64,000 nt of DNA, from the NCBI GenBank assembly GCA_028534125.1, contig CM052817.1, positions 108,688,001 to 108,752,000 on the forward strand. Direction: 5' to 3'. Below, one piece after another: positions 60,734-64,000 of this stretch. The notes beneath the pieces were generated by a model. That model saw nothing but the letters and a program-made list of their open reading frames with translations, did not search any database and was not told the origin of the DNA. A program made the translations under genes and the position numbers. This DNA comes from Lama glama (Eukaryota). Position 1 is the first letter of the stretch. Each line of letters starts with the position of its first letter.

Positions 60734-63115
60734 GAACCCACTGTACAAGGTCTACTGTTGTCTTACTGGTCAAAAGGTTTTTCAGGAAGCCATCCACTAC
60801 ATTGACCCTAAAAATATTTTTTCACCAAAATAAATGGAAGAAAATCTTTCTCTTCTTCGTTTGTTTCATTCTATAAAAATGCAAGACGTAAATTGTATAA
60901 CTAATTTAGTTTCTCATAACTCATCTAGCCAAAAGGCTTAGTGCAATTTAATAGCAATATTTTATTTCTGTAGCATCTTTTACCTTATATTTCTATATAA
61001 TGTTTACTTGCGATAATATTGCTTCACCTAACTAAATTTCCATAGCTCTGATGTTCTCTGTTTTATTATAACCCACTTCAAGTCTTTTACATAGAGTGCA
61101 GGATACATGTAAATAAAATCGTTTGATGGAAACATGCCATAGTACAGAGCTAGTAACTCAATAACTACTCACTGCGAGCTGGCTGAGAAAGGCATACATC
61201 TCATTGTCTCTACTTGTCAGCGAGGCCCGAGTTATTTGAATCTCAGTTCTGTTCAGATGGATGTGTTTGGTCTTCTACAGATTCTCAGGTACCCCTTGTT
61301 CTCAGCGGGCAGAGATCCTGTCTGGTGTGGTGGATGCTGGAGAAATGTTTGTTTTCACATCCCCCTCCTTACAGCAAAGACCACCCAGGGCACACCTCTC
61401 CTCCTCATGAGATTTCTTTATTACGAACTTATTCTGAAGACTGTTACACCTTGACTTTTCCTATTTTGTGACATTTTACTTCTGCTTTTTTTTTAAGGAT
61501 TTAAAAGATATTCCTTAAATCTGGTCTTGTCTCTTACAATATTAAGAAATGTTATTTCTCATTTCCTCCACATGATTCCTAGCAATTAGAGCTATGGGCA
61601 GTGAAGGAACTTCTGGAGCAGAAGAGAAAAATAAATGACTGTTGAAAGCTGTCTGAACAGATGCTACTCAAAGCCAAAGCCCTGGAATTTACTGTCTAAC
61701 TTGAAGCTTGAAGAGCTTCATTTTGCTTCATCATAGAATATGAAATAATCACAGCTGTAGGAATAATCCTGCAGAGAATCGGGGAGCGGGAGAGACAGCA
61801 GGGAAGAGAAAGGAACAAGAAACCTGGTGAGATGGCGTGGACACTGGTACAGTGAGGAGACCCGTGGGGGCCCCCAGTGCTAACAGTGCCCTGTGATTCT
61901 CTGGAAGAGGGCACGAAAGGTGAGATTTCCAGTGGTTTTTATTGTTGCAATCCAACTACCTCTCCCCCTTAAAGTCTATTAAAGCCTCTTATCCACATAG
62001 ACTCTGTGTGTTTATGTGAATCAAAGTAAGTTTTCTTGGTACATAAAAGGGGTGGTTTTCATGGGATCTGAGTACTCCAAACCATACCGTATCTGAAACA
62101 GAAGTCGTGGTGTCAGATGCCAACATCAGACTGTAAGTCCCTGGGGGCTGGACTTCCTGCAAACCAGGCACTGCAGTTCCACTCCATTGTTTCCACGGCA
62201 TCTCGGCCTTTAATGAGAAGTGTGAACCAGCGGACACTTGGCTTGCACTAGGAAGCAATATCAGTGACTGAAAATTAAGTGTATTACAGCAATCCCCTGG
62301 GACTCAGAGGACACTTAGTGGAAACCCATTAGCTTCCTGACCCTGTGGTAGCATCCTGAGAATTCCTAAGGCTCCTTTCCCTGAAGGACCACAGAAAACA
62401 GTTTGGGTCAATATTAATGATTTATGGCAAGCAATTAGAGGATAATGAAGTGGTAAACCGTGTTATGTTACTGAAATTACAAGGGAAGCCAGGAGTAATT
62501 TTGTTCACAAGTTTGAGTCCATTATCTTTCTGATACCCTGTCTCTAATATTTAGCCAAAGGTTTTGATTTGATTGCCAGAGTGACAGACTTTACACGTGG
62601 ACATGTTTGTAATATCTCTTGTATTTCAAAAAGTCCTTTAATAGATGTTAAACTGGAAAAGAAAGTTGTAGAGCAGTGGAAAATAAGAATACCTTGAGAA
62701 TGCAACCTCAAGTTGAATTGAATGTTTTTGAATTTGAAAATCTTGGCTGACAAAGTCTTATGTTAGTAGCTGTTTTTAAAAGAATCAGAGATAATCATTT
62801 TATGACACTAGAATCTTCCTAGTTTTATGACTGACCATCTCCCACCTCACAGCAGCACTTGGGAATGAAAGAAAACTGAAATGTATGGGTGACGGGAAAG
62901 ACAATATTTTTGGAAATAGCCCTAACAGAAGACTACTTGCTGTATTTGAAGAGATGGCCAGGAAAAATATAACTGGGTCAGTCTAGGTCAGCCAGATCTA
63001 TGGTTTTGGGATCCAAACATGGTAGAGTCATTTTTGGACTATCCCAAAGTTTTCTTCCAATTTGCGACAGCAAATTTTGCTCCATGATTTGATTTCTTAA
63101 GTCTTTTAAAATATT

Positions 63116-63200
63116 GAACCACTATGTTGTACACCTAAAATCAATATTGTAAATCAACTATAATTTAATAATTTTTTCACTTAAAAAATAAATTAAAAAA
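63116..63200 (+). mobile_element. Short L1 3' tail
   Basis: ACCACTATGTTGTACACCTAAAA..ATATTGTAAATCAACTATA plus A-rich tail. Confidence 0.75.
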
Positions 63201-64000
63201 TACATATATTCATGGATTTCTACATTTCAGGGGTATTCAATAACTAAAAACTAACAAGTGTGGCAAGCATGAAGAATGTCTTCTCAGGATGACAGTACAT
63301 AAGGAGTGCACATACCCTGGGGACAACCAGAACATTTCACTGGGTTCTCACCCCTGAGCACCATTGTTTCCCTCCAATCATGTCTTTTCACTTTCCAAAT
63401 ATCTTCTCTCTTCCTTCATCACAGCTGTTGTTAGCATCACTTCCCACCACACCTGTTTCTTCTCTTCATTTCTTTTTCCTTGGTCCCATAGGTATATTGA
63501 CAAACCAAAGTGCAGGTGACAACCTGCTAATCTTCAGCTCGTAGAAAAACCCAGTGGTATCGTTTCTTCTTCCTGCTTGTCCATCCTTTTCTTCTGTGTT
63601 GCTTGTAGAAGGACGAGGCAGGAGACAACAGGTTGAGAAATAGTCAAGATTTCTGGGTGAAAATACGTGGGGAAGTGTCTCCTTCTAATCGGCAATGCTG
63701 TTTCATTGCCAGACTGCTATGAAGAGGAAGTAACAGTGTGCTGCACAAGCTCAAGAAAGCTACATTCTACTTGGGATCCCAAGAGTGACACACTTTGAAA
63801 ACATTATAAATCATATTAGAGGTTCCCAAAGGTCTGGGATTTCACGCCGTCACGGTGCTAGTAACAAGGTTCGGACTCATGTATGAGTCTTGTTTTTCTT
63901 GATGAAAGGAGAAAGTCTGTAGAGCTTTCAGGGAAAGAGAACTTAGGGCAGATTGTGTTTATTAACTTGTTTCCTATTGTGACGGGATGGAGTCATGTGA

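Noticed and set aside
1..64000. A previously undescribed biological system, miRNA or snoRNA
   Set aside because: By eye I found no coding cassette, repeat-spacer array, long hairpin or known small-RNA sequence; an Infernal/Rfam scan and ortholog mapping would be needed to exclude small RNAs formally

Overview
Mammalian genomic DNA, very probably camelid (camel/alpaca/llama group). This is judged from ten tRNA-Ala(AGC)-derived Vic-1-type SINEs and recurrent copies of an artiodactyl-type L1 3' end. I recognise no protein-coding exon, functional RNA gene, CRISPR array or prokaryotic system. The ORF track consists of chance ORFs, N-gap artefacts and decayed L1 ORF1/ORF2 pieces. The window is an intergenic or intronic, repeat-rich region with L1, HAL1-like, L2, MIR, MaLR/ERVL/ERV1 LTRs and a MER58-type DNA transposon, plus four assembly gaps. 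It also holds two CpG-island-like blocks (~8.9-9.5 kb, ~14.4-14.8 kb) and several splice-site-bounded, apparently non-coding segments that could belong to a lncRNA or 5' UTR. The most notable details are retrotransposition footprints: an L1 with ~90% of ORF2 missing, a twin-primed inverted L1, ultra-short L1 tails with long TSDs, a solo ERV1 LTR with an exact 4-bp TSD, and an LTR with a triple CCAAT + octamer + TATA-like promoter module. I found no evidence for a novel biological system. Repeat family names are from recalled consensus sequences and need RepeatMasker/Dfam confirmation.
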